NCBI GenBank assembly: GCA_963665115.1
Contig: OY762007.1
Span: 7,136,001 to 7,200,000, forward strand
Length of the DNA stretch: 64,000 bases
From: an uncultured Rivularia sp.
GTDB taxonomy: Bacteria > Cyanobacteriota > Cyanobacteriia > Cyanobacteriales > Nostocaceae
Direction of reading: 5' to 3'
Numbering within the stretch: the first letter of the stretch is position 1; the number at the start of each line of letters is the position of its first letter. A program made the translations under genes and the position numbers. Shown here one piece after another: positions 52,747-63,252 of this stretch. The notes beneath the pieces were generated by a model. It worked only from the letters and a program-made list of their open reading frames with translations, did no database searches and was not told where the DNA came from.

Positions 52747-52818
52747 AGCGGGTGACGCGATTCGAACGCGCGACATTCACCTTGGCAAGGTGACGCTCTA
52801 CCACTGAGCTACACCCGC
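52747..52818 (-). tRNA. trnG: tRNA-Gly(GCC)
   Basis: Minus strand GCGGGTGTAGCTCAGTGGTAGAGCGTCACCTTGCCAAGGTGAATGTCGCGCGTTCGAATCGCGTCACCCGCT; cloverleaf with anticodon GCC, no encoded CCA. Confidence 0.97.
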
Positions 52819-53075
52819 ATTTAATTGCTAAATAACAATATCTCATATGCATTCATATTTGTCAACACATTTTTTTAGAAGATGGGAATTGGGCATGGGG
52901 TATGGGGTATGGGGTATGGGGTATGGGTAGAGGGGGTAGAGGGGGTAGAAAAATTATTAATTTACTACTCGCTACTTGCTACTTCTAACTCATAACTTCT
53001 CACCGAACACTTTTCCAATCTAAAATCCCTGCATCCTATGCCCAATCCCCAATTACCAATTACCAATTCCCATTC

Positions 53076-53655
53076 TTAAGCTTTCTCTTCAGATTGAGTT
53101 GGTAAGTTGTTTAAAGTTGCGCTTTTGAGAGAACCTGCCAAGGCTCCAGAGTTGGATGAATATTGCTGTTGCATACTGGGGACGCAGTTGACGCATCAAA
53201 CTAGCCATTTCTAAGGCATTCATTGCGTAATCCCAACCGTGATTGCTTTTGATTCCTGCTCTTTCTAAGGCTTGCTGCATGGTGTCGGCTGTTAAAACAC
53301 CGAATATAACTGGTACCCCTGTCTGAAAAGCTGCTGCGGCAATTCCTTTGGCAACTTCTGCGGATACATAGTCAAAGTGAGGTGTTTGTCCTTTAATTAC
53401 TGCACCCAAGCAAATTATCGCGTCGTAACTACCCGAAAGTGCTAACTGTCGCGCTACCAAAGGTACTTCAAAGCTTCCAGGCACCCAAACATAATCAACT
53501 TGAGAGCCGTGGGGATTAGTATCAATACCGTGACGCTTTAAACAATCTTGACATCCTTCCACCAGCTTGGTGGTTACTAGATCGTTAAATCTACCAATTA
53601 CTAATGCAAAACGTAGGGGTTCTGTTTGAGCAAACGTTCCCTCGAAAATTGCCAT
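53076..53655 (-). CDS. ribH: 6,7-dimethyl-8-ribityllumazine synthase (probable +1 error in the C-terminal tail)
   Basis: [21 protein letters not shown] and QALERAG motifs. Removing one base at about 53178 gives an alternative tail ending QSEEKA*. Confidence 0.95.
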
Positions 53656-54000
53656 AATTACCTCTTTATATATAATCAGTTATCAGTTATCAGTGACCAG
53701 TTAACAGCGAGCAGTCAACAGTGACCAGTATTTACCTTTCATGATAGGTTTGTCAGTTAACAGCAAACAGTAGTTAAAATAATAAGAACAGATTTGGATT
53801 TCTGACGCAGAATAAAAGCTCTTGTTCTGATTCTCGTTACTAATAAACTTTATTAATATAATTTAATAAGGTAAAAGGTAATACACTAACTTTTTAATTA
53901 CTGGTAACTGCTCGCTGAAAAAGAGCAGAAGATTAGCCACTTTATAAGCGGTATTCCTCTGCTCCTATAAAATTTGTCGGCTGATGGTGAAAGCGGTGGC

Positions 54001-54189
54001 TTAAACTACGAAAAAGTTTAAAATTCCAACTACGACTACCAAAGCAAACCAAGCCGCAGAACCAATCCAGAGGAATCTCTTGGATTCAACCCAGGTTTGA
54101 GGAGTTGCATAAGCAACGGGTACGCCAACTACCATGACGAAAGATAAAGCAACTAAAGCTATTAAAGCAATTTGGAATAGGATGGTCAT
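54001..54189 (-). CDS. psbZ: Photosystem II protein Z
   Basis: 62 aa with two TM helices; FQIAL...VGVPVAYA...W...LNFFVV. Confidence 0.96.
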   Translation of the reverse strand: MTILFQIALIALVALSFVMVVGVPVAYATPQTWVESKRFLWIGSAAWFALVVVVGILNFFVV

Positions 54190-54470
54190 TTTTCTTTTCT
54201 CTTAGACGGAAAGTTCTAAAATTCTATATTCACTACAACCAATGTACATTATTGGTGTTAGATTCCAGACACTCTACTAGTTTAGATTTTTTGCGCTACT
54301 TGCTGCAAGGGGATGAGAAGGATTTTAATTTAGAATACGTGGCGGTTGAAACCGCGCGCCATTTGCTACAACGGAGGGAACCTCCGCAACGCAATGGCTT
54401 GTCTACACAAGCGAAACCCACCTTTGTAGGTTGTGGAAGCTTTTAGGTAATGTGAAAAAATTGCACTCAT

Positions 54471-55046
54471 TTACCAAATCATCTGTAAATCCAACACGAA
54501 ACCAGGTAAAACATCTTCACCATTCAAACTATTGGGATTATCGAAAATTTCTACTTCTTTTCCAATTCGATAAATTTCAACTTGGCGATTTTTACGATTA
54601 ATCAACCAACCCAAACGTACACCATTACTTTTATATTCTTCCATCTTTTGTTGAGTTGTTTTCAAACTATCGCTTGGTGAAAGTAACTCAATGACAAAAT
54701 CGGGAGAAAGCGGTAAAAATTTAGTTTTTTGTTCAGGTGTTAATGCATTCCACCGTTCTAATTTTACCCAAGAAGCATCTGGAGAGCGATCGGCACCATT
54801 AGCAAGTTTAAAACCACCAGAAGAATCAAAGACAATTCCCAGGTTGTTTTTTTGATTCCATACCCATAATTGAGCAGTTAATCCTGCATTACGATTGCTG
54901 CTTTCTCCTCCCACTGGTGGCATAATTACTATTTCCCCGGTAGCATTGCGTTCAAATCTTAAATTTTGATTTGCTTGACATAGCTGAAAGAATTGCTCGT
55001 CTGTTAAATCAATAATTGGGTTTAAATTTAGTGTTAAGCCTTGCAT
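54471..55046 (-). CDS. Uma2-family endonuclease
   Basis: RFERNATGE, DSSGGF, RSPDASW, PDFVIEL and NGVRLGWLI motifs. Confidence 0.93.
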   Translation of the reverse strand: MQGLTLNLNPIIDLTDEQFFQLCQANQNLRFERNATGEIVIMPPVGGESSNRNAGLTAQLWVWNQKNNLGIVFDSSGGFKLANGADRSPDASWVKLERWNALTPEQKTKFLPLSPDFVIELLSPSDSLKTTQQKMEEYKSNGVRLGWLINRKNRQVEIYRIGKEVEIFDNPNSLNGEDVLPGFVLDLQMIW

Positions 55047-55070
55047 GATATTAAAATAATATATTTATAA

Positions 55071-55409
55071 CTAAGCATTGATAAACTTTTCAGCAGCATT
55101 CGCTAATGTTTCATCCATCCAAGCATTGATACTTTTACCGGATTTTTTCGCTGCAATAAAGATTTTGCGGTGATTTTCTGGAGTTGTACGGAAAGGAAGT
55201 TTACCAGAAAAAGGTTTTTCGGGTTTTTCACCTAAATCTTCGCAGTAAGCAAGATAATCATCGACTGAATTATGAAATTCTTGACGTGCTTCTTCAACAG
55301 TTTCCGCTTTGAATGTTATTACGTCATTAATATCGATAACTCTGCCAAATAAAATCGATGCTTCTGTATCTACTTCAATGATTGCTGTATAGCCTTTGTA
55401 AGTCATCAT
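55071..55409 (-). CDS. hicB: HicB-family antitoxin, orphan copy 1
   Basis: MMTYKGY...FHNSVDDYL...PEKPFSGK; near-identical to 57351-57689. Confidence 0.9.
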   Translation of the reverse strand: MMTYKGYTAIIEVDTEASILFGRVIDINDVITFKAETVEEARQEFHNSVDDYLAYCEDLGEKPEKPFSGKLPFRTTPENHRKIFIAAKKSGKSINAWMDETLANAAEKFINA

Positions 55410-55432
55410 AGTTCGATTTATGCTTTTTTCGA

Positions 55433-55453
55433 TGATATCATGATACGATATCA
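55433..55453. promoter_or_regulatory. Putative HicB operator (TGATATCA-N5-CGATATCA)
   Basis: The same motif and spacing occur at 57971-57991, upstream of the second hicAB copy. Confidence 0.6.
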
Positions 55454-55621
55454 ATATAAATGCGTTCGCAAACCCCGATCGCATTGGTGTGGTTTGCCAA
55501 ATCTTGCACTTCTCGCAATCAACAAAAACGCCCGCGGGTTGGAAACCTGGGGCTACAGAAGCAAAGCCCGTCTAAGCCGCAGCTTCGCTGAACACGGGCT
55601 AAGATTATTTTTGTATAGATT

Positions 55622-55689
55622 GTAGGTTGGGTTAGGCGCACAAAGAATATAAATTTTAATTAGGAATTAAATTGCAACCTAACCCAACA
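55622..55689. repeat. REP-like inverted repeat (GTAGGTTGGGTTAGG...CCTAACCCAAC)
   Basis: Related copy at 57315-57347; both are preceded by TAGATT. Confidence 0.6.
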
Positions 55690-55691
55690 TT

Positions 55692-55747
55692 AACCCATTT
55701 TTGATCGTCTTTTCCCCACTCGTTTAGCAGTTTTAGTGCTTTACTAA
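55692..55747 (-). pseudogene. 56-bp fragment of the ParD-like antitoxin gene
   Basis: Nearly identical to 57111-57166 (SKALKLLxEWxKDxQKWV). Confidence 0.75.
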
Positions 55748-55822
55748 ATTTATTATAAATGTTATAAGATGCTATCAAAGGTTGGTTGGTAGTTGCAAGT
55801 TTAACGAAATAAATTAATTTAT

Positions 55823-55999
55823 ATGACAACTGATAAACTTTCTGAAGAAAAGGTTGAAAAAGTACAAATATTTCCACACCCTTTAGCAAAAATTGCTGGT
55901 AAGTTTAAAGGAGAGTTTTGGGAAAGCACTTTGAAGAATATTCAGAATTTTAGAAAGAGAGAAAAAGAAGAAAATAACAGGTTTTTTGATAATCAATAA
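55823..55999 (+). CDS. Small hypothetical protein (58 aa, absent from ORF track), antitoxin-like
   Basis: MTTDKLSEEKVEKVQIFPHPLAKIAGKFKGEFWESTLKNIQNFRKREKEENNRFFDNQ*. Confidence 0.55.
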   Translation: MTTDKLSEEKVEKVQIFPHPLAKIAGKFKGEFWESTLKNIQNFRKREKEENNRFFDNQ

Positions 56000-56089
56000 T
56001 TGTTTGGGTAAGTTTAAGTGAATTAAACATTCTGAAAGACTGAATAAATAAATGATATAATTAAATTTAGTAACTATTTTGTTATAGTA

Positions 56090-56311
56090 ATGCCTCTCAC
56101 AGAACTTTTACCTCATTTAAAACAACTATCCCAAAACGATAAACTTTTGTTATTGCATTTCTTAGTTAACGAAATGTTGAATGAATCTGGTTTAGTTCCA
56201 TTAGATAATCAAGACAAAACATCAAACCTTGGTTTACATGACTCATTTGAAGCTGCTGCTGTTTTAGCACAAGCTTTAGCAGAAGCCAAAAAAGCACCAA
56301 CAAATGGTTGA
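56090..56311 (+). CDS. Small hypothetical protein overlapping the protease gene
   Basis: MPLTELLPHLKQLSQNDKLLLLHFL...DSFEAAAVLAQAL; overlaps the next ORF by 8 nt. Confidence 0.75.
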   Translation: MPLTELLPHLKQLSQNDKLLLLHFLVNEMLNESGLVPLDNQDKTSNLGLHDSFEAAAVLAQALAEAKKAPTNG

Positions 56312-56717
56312 TAAAGTCAGATTTCCATTCATTCAAGCAAATCCAGATTTGGGAGAATTAAGTACATTTCCCTATCTTCCTTTGACTTTAAGCTATCAAA
56401 ATCAGTCTTGTAAGGTATTGGGTTTATTAGATACAGGTTCGAGCGTTAATGTCTTACCTTACGAAATCGGATTGAGATTGGGAGCAATTTGGGAGCGTCA
56501 AACAATGTCCGTTCCTTTAGGAGGTAATTTATCTCGATTTGAAGCAAGAGCATTAGTTGTAACGGCAACAGTAGAATCATTTTCTCCCGTAGAATTAGCT
56601 TTTGCTTGGACGAAAGATAGAAATGCTCCTTTAATTTTGGGACAGATGAACTTTTTCTTGGAATTTGATGTATGTTTTTATCGTGCTGATTTAGCTTTTG
56701 AGATTAGTAAAAAATAA
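56304..56717 (+). CDS. Retropepsin-like (clan AA) aspartic protease
   Basis: LLDTGSS catalytic motif and C-terminal LILGQMNFF. Confidence 0.82.
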   Translation: MVDKVRFPFIQANPDLGELSTFPYLPLTLSYQNQSCKVLGLLDTGSSVNVLPYEIGLRLGAIWERQTMSVPLGGNLSRFEARALVVTATVESFSPVELAFAWTKDRNAPLILGQMNFFLEFDVCFYRADLAFEISKK

Positions 56718-56722
56718 ATAAA

Positions 56723-56935
56723 TCAAGCCGACATCAAACCCCGCTTCGGTTCAGGAATATTATGTCCTAAATCTTGAGCAGTTTCAATCCACTCTTGCAT
56801 AACTATCTCCACATTTTGCAAAGCTTCTTGATAATTTTCACCGTCAGCGGCGCAACCGGGTAATTCTGGTAATTCTGCAATAAATGCTTCGTCTTCTTGA
56901 CTGTAGTAGAGGATGATTTTGTAGCGGAGTTTCAT
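56723..56935 (-). CDS. hicB: HicB-family antitoxin (short type), orphan
   Basis: AFIAELPELPGCAADGENYQEAL...EWIETA...IPEP. Confidence 0.9.
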   Translation of the reverse strand: MKLRYKIILYYSQEDEAFIAELPELPGCAADGENYQEALQNVEIVMQEWIETAQDLGHNIPEPKRGLMSA

Positions 56936-56988
56936 ATATCCTCTTCTAATTCTTTATTTGCTTCTGAGGAGATAATATGTTGTTTCAT
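56932..56988 (-). pseudogene. 18-codon remnant: ParE-like start probably fused to a hicA-like end
   Basis: MKQHIISSEANKELEEDI*; ATGA overlaps with both the parD stop and the hicB start. Confidence 0.55.
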
Positions 56989-57251
56989 GATTGATTCTCT
57001 CTAACTTTGCGTAGCTTCTCTCGCAGTCGCTCAACTACAACTTCGCCATCAATACCTTCACCTCTTTCTAATTGCTCAACAGCAACTTCTACTTTTTGAC
57101 GAGTTTCTTCAACCCATTTTTGATAGTCTTTTTCCCACTCGTCTAGCAGTTTTAGTGCTTTACTAATAACTTGTTCTGGATTTTCATATTTACCCTTAGC
57201 AATTTGCCCTTGAATAAATTGCTCATCTTCGGGCTTGAGTCTAATATTCAT
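56985..57251 (-). CDS. ParD-like ribbon-helix-helix antitoxin
   Basis: MNIRLKPEDEQFIQGQIAKGKY...VISKALKLL...QLERGEGIDGE. Confidence 0.85.
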   Translation of the reverse strand: MNIRLKPEDEQFIQGQIAKGKYENPEQVISKALKLLDEWEKDYQKWVEETRQKVEVAVEQLERGEGIDGEVVVERLREKLRKVRENQS

Positions 57252-57350
57252 GATTTTTTTGAATATGGATAAGCATGGAAGTACTTTTTATTATGACGCA
57301 ATGGCTTTTAGATTGTAGGTTGGCTTCACGGTGTCCAACCCAACCTACTA

Positions 57351-57689
57351 CTAAGCATTAATAAACTTTTCAGCAGCATTCGCTAATACTTCATCCATCC
57401 AAGCATTAATACTTTTGCCAGATTTTTTTGCTGCGATAAAAATCTTGCGGTGATTTTCTGGAGTTGTACGAAAAGGAAGTTTTCCAGAAAAAGGTTTTTC
57501 GGGCTTTTCACCCAAATCTTCACAGTAAGCAAGATAATCATCAACCGAATTATGAAACTCTTGACGTACTTCTTCAATCGTTTTTGCTTTAAATGTTATT
57601 ACGTCATTTATATCGATAACTCTGCCAAATAGTATTTCGGCTTCCGTATCTACTTCAATAATTGCTGAATAGCCTTTGTAAGTCATCAT
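57351..57689 (-). CDS. hicB: HicB-family antitoxin, copy 2
   Basis: As copy 1; its start overlaps the hicA stop. Confidence 0.9.
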   Translation of the reverse strand: MMTYKGYSAIIEVDTEAEILFGRVIDINDVITFKAKTIEEVRQEFHNSVDDYLAYCEDLGEKPEKPFSGKLPFRTTPENHRKIFIAAKKSGKSINAWMDEVLANAAEKFINA

Positions 57690-57948
57690 AGTTCGATTCC
57701 AGCTTTAATTAAAAATTCTCTAACAGATTTAACGGCTCCTTTATCGGTTTCTTTTTCTAGATGTAGTTCGTGAAAAACAGCTTTTACATTATTCAATTTA
57801 ACCCTTACCCGCGAACCTTTTCCTTGACTAACATTTACTCACCCAGGGCTACAAATAAACTTTCAATATTGTTCCAAAGGATATTTGCAGGTATTGGATC
57901 TGTAAAAATCAACTCTAGCGTTTTGTGTTGCTTGTTATTTAGATCCAT
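57686..57948 (-). pseudogene. hicA: HicA-family toxin, frameshifted
   Basis: MDLNNKQHKTLELIFTDPIPANILWNNIESLFVALG, a frameshift, then VSQGKGSRVRVKLNNVKAVFHELHLEKETDKGAVKSVREFLIKAGIEL*. Confidence 0.8.
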
Positions 57949-58086
57949 TAGGAATACTCCTAATTACAAATGATATCACTAAACGATATCATGAAAAAGC
58001 GATCGCCATTTTTATTTTTGCTGAAAACTACGGTAATAGCAATTCTGGACGAAAGCATTTAAAGAAAATTTGGTAATTATTTTTAT

Positions 58087-58115
58087 TTGACAAAAGAGTA
58101 TCAGCGTTGTATTGT
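58087..58115 (+). promoter_or_regulatory. Near-consensus sigma70 promoter
   Basis: TTGACA (58087-58092), 17 nt, TATTGT (58110-58115). Confidence 0.55.
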
Positions 58116-58120
58116 TTGCT

Positions 58121-58222
58121 ACATAGCACTGAATTAAGTGTAGAGTTGGCAAGACGTGGTGTCTTGATAAACTAGAAAATGGCAACCAGACCTTTAATTC
58201 CTTTTGGTCTGGTTGTAAAAAG
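58121..58222 (+). ncRNA. Candidate structured small RNA or leader
   Basis: Follows the promoter; hairpins CAAGAC/GTCTTG and the perfect 10-bp CAACCAGACC/GGTCTGGTTG; no convincing ORF. Confidence 0.3.
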
Positions 58223-58367
58223 CACAGTCAGGCATAAGCTAAGACTTAAGTTCACAAATTTATTGCTATTTATCTCTATACTAAAAAACGTATTTTTCTC
58301 TTGGGTATTAGACAATTATATAAATCAGCTAAAATTGCCAATATAACTTTACACGAGATAATTACCA

Positions 58368-58568
58368 ATGAAAATTAAAGCGGTAATCTGGCAAGAAGAT
58401 GATGTATGGTGCGCTTCTGTACCAGCTTTACCTGGGTGTCACACTTGGGGTAATAGTTATGAACATTTATTAGAAATGCTCGAAGATGCTATCCAAGGTT
58501 GGTTAGAAGTTGCAAGCGAAAGAGAACAGGTAGATCCACAGAAAAAATTAGTTGAATTATCGCTATGA
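58368..58568 (+). CDS. hicB: HicB-family antitoxin
   Basis: WCASVPALPGCHTWG...DAIQGWL. Confidence 0.88.
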   Translation: MKIKAVIWQEDDVWCASVPALPGCHTWGNSYEHLLEMLEDAIQGWLEVASEREQVDPQKKLVELSL

Positions 58569-58774
58569 AAGCTGTATCAGGAAAAGCGCTGTGTAAAATT
58601 CTTGAGCAGCGAGGTTGGGTGCTAAAAAGAATGACTGGTAGTCATCATATTTATTCAAAAGAAGGAATAGATTCAATTATTTCTGTTCCCGTTCATAGTA
58701 ATCGCGATTTACCAATTGGTACATTGAAAAGCATTATGAAGGATGCACAACTTGAGGAAGATGATTTAAGTTGA
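58565..58774 (+). CDS. hicA: HicA-family toxin, intact
   Basis: GWVLKRMTGSHHIY...VPVHSNRDLPIGTLKSIMKDA; ATGA overlap with hicB. Confidence 0.92.
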   Translation: MKAVSGKALCKILEQRGWVLKRMTGSHHIYSKEGIDSIISVPVHSNRDLPIGTLKSIMKDAQLEEDDLS

Positions 58775-58911
58775 TAGCAATTTTTCGTATTCAAAATCGT
58801 GCTTAATCCCCTCTGCGTACCTCCGCGCAAACCTCCGCGCCCCTCTGCGTTTAAAAAAAAACCGCACAAAGTACGGGCTAAAAAAACAACAAATTAAATC
58901 CGAATTTCTAC

Positions 58912-61900
58912 CTACTCAATCCCTTCAATCTTATCCTCAACCTGCTGATACAATTCCCGCAACTTATCCAAGTTACTTTCATCTGTATCCCAGTAACCTC
59001 TACCATTAGCTTCCAACAATGAAGTCACCATCTTTCTAAAAGAATGCGGATTTAAGTTCAATAACCTTTCCTGCATTTCCTGATCTTTCATAAAGGTGTC
59101 ATTGGTATCTTCGTAAACCCAGTTATCAACAGCATCTGCTGTTGCACTCCAACCAACTGTATTTACTAAGCGTTTGGATAATTCCCTCACTCCTTCGTAA
59201 CCGTGAGATAACATCCCTTCATACCACTTAGGATTCAACAATTTAGTTCGAGAATCCAAGCGCACGGTTTCCGACAAAGTACGAACTTGGGCGTTTGCTG
59301 TGGTGGTATCTGCCATGTAGGATACTGGCTTTTTACCATCTTTCCGCAAGCTAGCTACTACTTTGGTGGGATCGGAATCGTAGTAGTGGGAAACGTCGGT
59401 TAAACTAATTTCGGAGGAATCTAAGTTTTGGAAGGTGACATCGGCAGTTTGCAATGCACTTTCAAAGATTTTCCGCGAGTTTTCCATCATTCCTGGGTTA
59501 TCTGCGGTGAATGCAAAGGATTTGCGTTTCAGGTACATTTCCTGTAATTCCCCTTCTTCTTCCCAAGTACTATTTTCCACCGCTAAGTTGATGTTGGAAG
59601 AGTAGGAGCCGGAAGCGTTGGAAAATACGCGGGTTGCTGCTTGACGCAAATTAATTCCCATTTCTTCGGCTTGCTTGAGAGCGTGTTTTCTCACAAAGTT
59701 CATTTCTAAGGGTTCGTCGGCTTCTGCTGCCATTTTTACCCCTTGATCTAACAGGTTCATTTGGTTGACAAACAAGTCGCGGAATACGCCGGAGCAGTTA
59801 ATTACTGCATCGATTCTCGGTCTTCCCAACTCTTCTAAGGGTACTAATTCTAACTTGTTGACTCTTCCCAAAGCATCTGGAACCGGCCGCACGCCTACCA
59901 TCCACATTATCTGTGCTAGTGATTCCCCGTAGGTTTTTATATTGTCGGTTCCCCATAATACACAGGCGATGGTTTCGGGATATTCGCCGCCGTTGTCGCG
60001 CATTTGTCTATCTAACAATCTATCTACAACGACTTTCGCAGATTTAACTGCTGCCATTGTAGGAATTGATTGCGGATCTAAAGCGTGGATATTTTTACCT
60101 GTAGGTAAAACGTCGGGGTTACGAATTGGATCTCCTCCGGGGCCCCAGGTAAAACGTATTCACCTTCCAATCCTTTGAGTAATGCTCCGAGTTCGTTATC
60201 GGCGCATACTTGTTGTAAACAGAATTCCAAGTATTCAAATAAGGGTTTTAATGCTTCCTTATCAACATTGGGATAACCTGCTTGATGCAAAGCTTCTATC
60301 CAAGGTTCTTTTTTACCCATATTGAAGAAGTTCAATTTGGAAACCAGGGATACTCTACCTTCTGCGTCGATTTGCGCTTTCACCAATGCACCAACGGTTT
60401 CGCGGGTAGTAGTTGTGATGTGTTGCAGCAATTCCACATCTTCTAAAATACCTTTGTCGCTGTTACGATAAATTTCTTCGATGTCGCGTTTAATACTGTT
60501 AGCTATAATCCTTGGTAAGCTAATCAGTTCAGACTCTTCTCGATCTAACTCAGCGATATTAACCAAAGTAGCGATTGCTTCCTCTGCCGTGGGGGGCTTA
60601 CCAACTACGTGTAAACCACATGGCAACAGTCGCGATTCTATCTCCATCAACCGACGGTAGACGCTACCAACGATATTATCGCGCTCTTCTGCGGACATTT
60701 CCTTGCAACTGTCTTCCGGCAAGTTGATATCTTTATCTAAATTCACCATCCGGGCTTTATCCATGATGGTATCGACGATTGCAACTCCTCTTCCGGTGTC
60801 TTTGAGGGTTTGGTAGGAACCAATTAGTTCGCTTAATTCTTTCAAACCTTTATATAAACCGGCGTTTTCTGCGGGGGGTGTTAAATAAGATATCGTTTCC
60901 GCATAGCTGCGACGTTTGGCAATTGTGGCTTCACTGGGATTATTTGCAGCGTAATAATATAAGTTGGGAATCGTACCAATTAAACTATCGGGATAACATT
61001 CACCCGACATTCCCATTTGCTTTCCTGGCATAAATTCCAAGGAGCCGTGAGTACCGAAGTGCAGTACCGCGTCGGCACCCCAAATTTTTTCCAGGTATGT
61101 GTAGTATGCAGCAAAACCGTGGTGGGGACTTGCAGAGCGGGAAAATAACAACCTCATTGGATCGCCTTCATAACCAAATGTTGGCTGTACCCCAATAAAT
61201 AAGTTACCGAAATGCTTCCCGTAAACTAATAAATTCTGTCCGTCGCTGTTTAAATTTCCTGGAGGTGCCCCCCAATTTTCTTCCAAACGCTGGGAATATG
61301 GTGTTAATTCTTCATATTCCGGAACCGACATCCGATAAGCAACGTTTAATTCGGGGCTGGCATACTGTGCCTGTACGTCGTGGATGACTTGTTCCATTAA
61401 CTCTTTGGCACTACCAGGTAATTCGGGTAAATCGTAGCCATTATTTTGTAAAGCTTTCATTACCTCGTATATGGAACCGAATACATCTAAATATGCTGCG
61501 GTTCCGACATTACCTTTATCCGGTGGGAAGCTAAATACAGTAATCGCCACCTTCTTATCTAACTTGGGCTTACGGCGCAAATTCGCCCATTTCATTGCTC
61601 TTTGAGCAACTGCTTCAACTCTATCTTGGAGAGCGATCGCCTTCCAGTAGCGCCATCTTTACCAGATAAAATTATCGGTTCAATCGCACCATCTAATTCG
61701 GGTATGGCAATTTGTAAAGCGACCTGAATCGGATGCAATCCTAAATCGCTTTCCATCCATTCTTCGGTAGTTTGGAATACCAAAGGTAAGGCAACCATAT
61801 ACGGACGATTTAACCGCTTCAACGAGTCAATCGCCTTCGGGTGGTCTTGTCTGGCGGGACCACCAACTAAAGCAAATCCTGTTAAAGATACTACAGCATC

Positions 61901-62924
61901 AATTAAAGGAGTGCCTTCCTTATTACCTTTATTTAACGTAGAAGTTTCATAAAAATAAGCATCTACTGGCTTAGAAAAATCCAAACCACCAGCGAAAACG
62001 GGAATTACCTTAGCTCCCATCGCTTCAAATTCCTGGACAAGTGCCACATAATGTGCATCATCACCAGTAACCAAGTGAGTCCGCTGCAATACTAAACCAA
62101 TACAGGGCGCTAAGGGATCTTTTAAATCGTCAGAAATATCCTTACGGCTACTAAACCAGTTGAGATACTCCTTCACATCCTCAAACATCGTCGGCGCTAA
62201 AGGATGCCAAACTCCCATATCGGGATACACAACCGGGGCTTGATATTCTTTTGCAAAAACGAAATTGCTTTGATCGACATCTTTTAAAACATATTTATCA
62301 GCCAGCATTAATAAGAAGTTCTCTAAATTATCAGAAGAGCCTCCCAACCAATACTGAAAACTCAACATGAAATTACGAGCATCTTGAGCCTTTTCAACCG
62401 GCAGATACTTTAATACAGAAGGCAGAGTCCCGCAGCAGCTTCAACATTCCATCTTGAAAAGACGAACCGGATTTCTCCTTGCGCTTCTTCATAAAGCTGG
62501 CGATCGCACTCTTTGACTGTCCCAAATTCGCCAAGGAAAAGCTACCCATCTTATTCAGACGCATAACTTCCGGCATCGAAGGGAAACATACAGCCACATC
62601 AAAGTTATCGCGATGGGGCTGCACTGCTGCAACTACCTTCTGAGCTAAATCTTCAATAAAAATAAGTGAAGCGATAAAAACATTCGCGGTTTCTACATCC
62701 TTCTGAAACTGTTCGTAATTTTCTGGCGAACGAAGTTCCTCAATCAAATAACCGCTGATTTCAATAGCAATGTTGGGGTGATTATCGTTTATAGTCCGTA
62801 CCGCTTGTGATAAAGCACTCTGATACTGGGACTCTAACACGACATAGACCACCTTAATTAAATGTCGCCCTTCGAGGTTATCAGGCTTGATGTGTCTAAT
62901 GGTGGACTTGACGTGAGTAAACAT
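58912..62924 (-). CDS. chlH: Magnesium chelatase subunit H (three apparent frameshifts)
   Basis: [11 protein letters not shown] start; [24 protein letters not shown] and [12 protein letters not shown] motifs. Breaks at about 62430, 61641 and 60142, all in short homopolymers. Confidence 0.95.
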
Positions 62925-63252
62925 ACGTTTCCTCGCTCCTATGATGCGTGTTCTCTGGTTCGGCACTAAATGTTTTTTATCAGAAATTGCCGCCTTTATG
63001 GACGTTTTGTCGTCTAACTGACACAATTCGATAAATTTAAACAATTTTTGCTTTACATTACTTTACGTTTTTTTGGTGTGCTTACTCACATTTAGTAAAT
63101 TATTTGTAATATTTATATTTGGTTATTTGGTTATTGATGGATAAAAGTTTATAAAACCTTACTAGAGCGCTAAGGACGCTAAGGGAAGAGGTTAAAGAGA
63201 GGTTATGGTGCGGAATGTGGGTTATAAATGTGGGGTTTTTACGGAGAATTTT

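Noticed and set aside
52747..52818. tRNA-Gly as an integration site
   Set aside because: No integrase and no duplicated tRNA 3' end seen; the flanks are core genes.
58912..62924. Split chlH (also gcvP, desB) as programmed frameshifting or true pseudogenes
   Set aside because: The breaks sit at homopolymers across many unrelated conserved genes that show no other decay; sequencing error is simpler.
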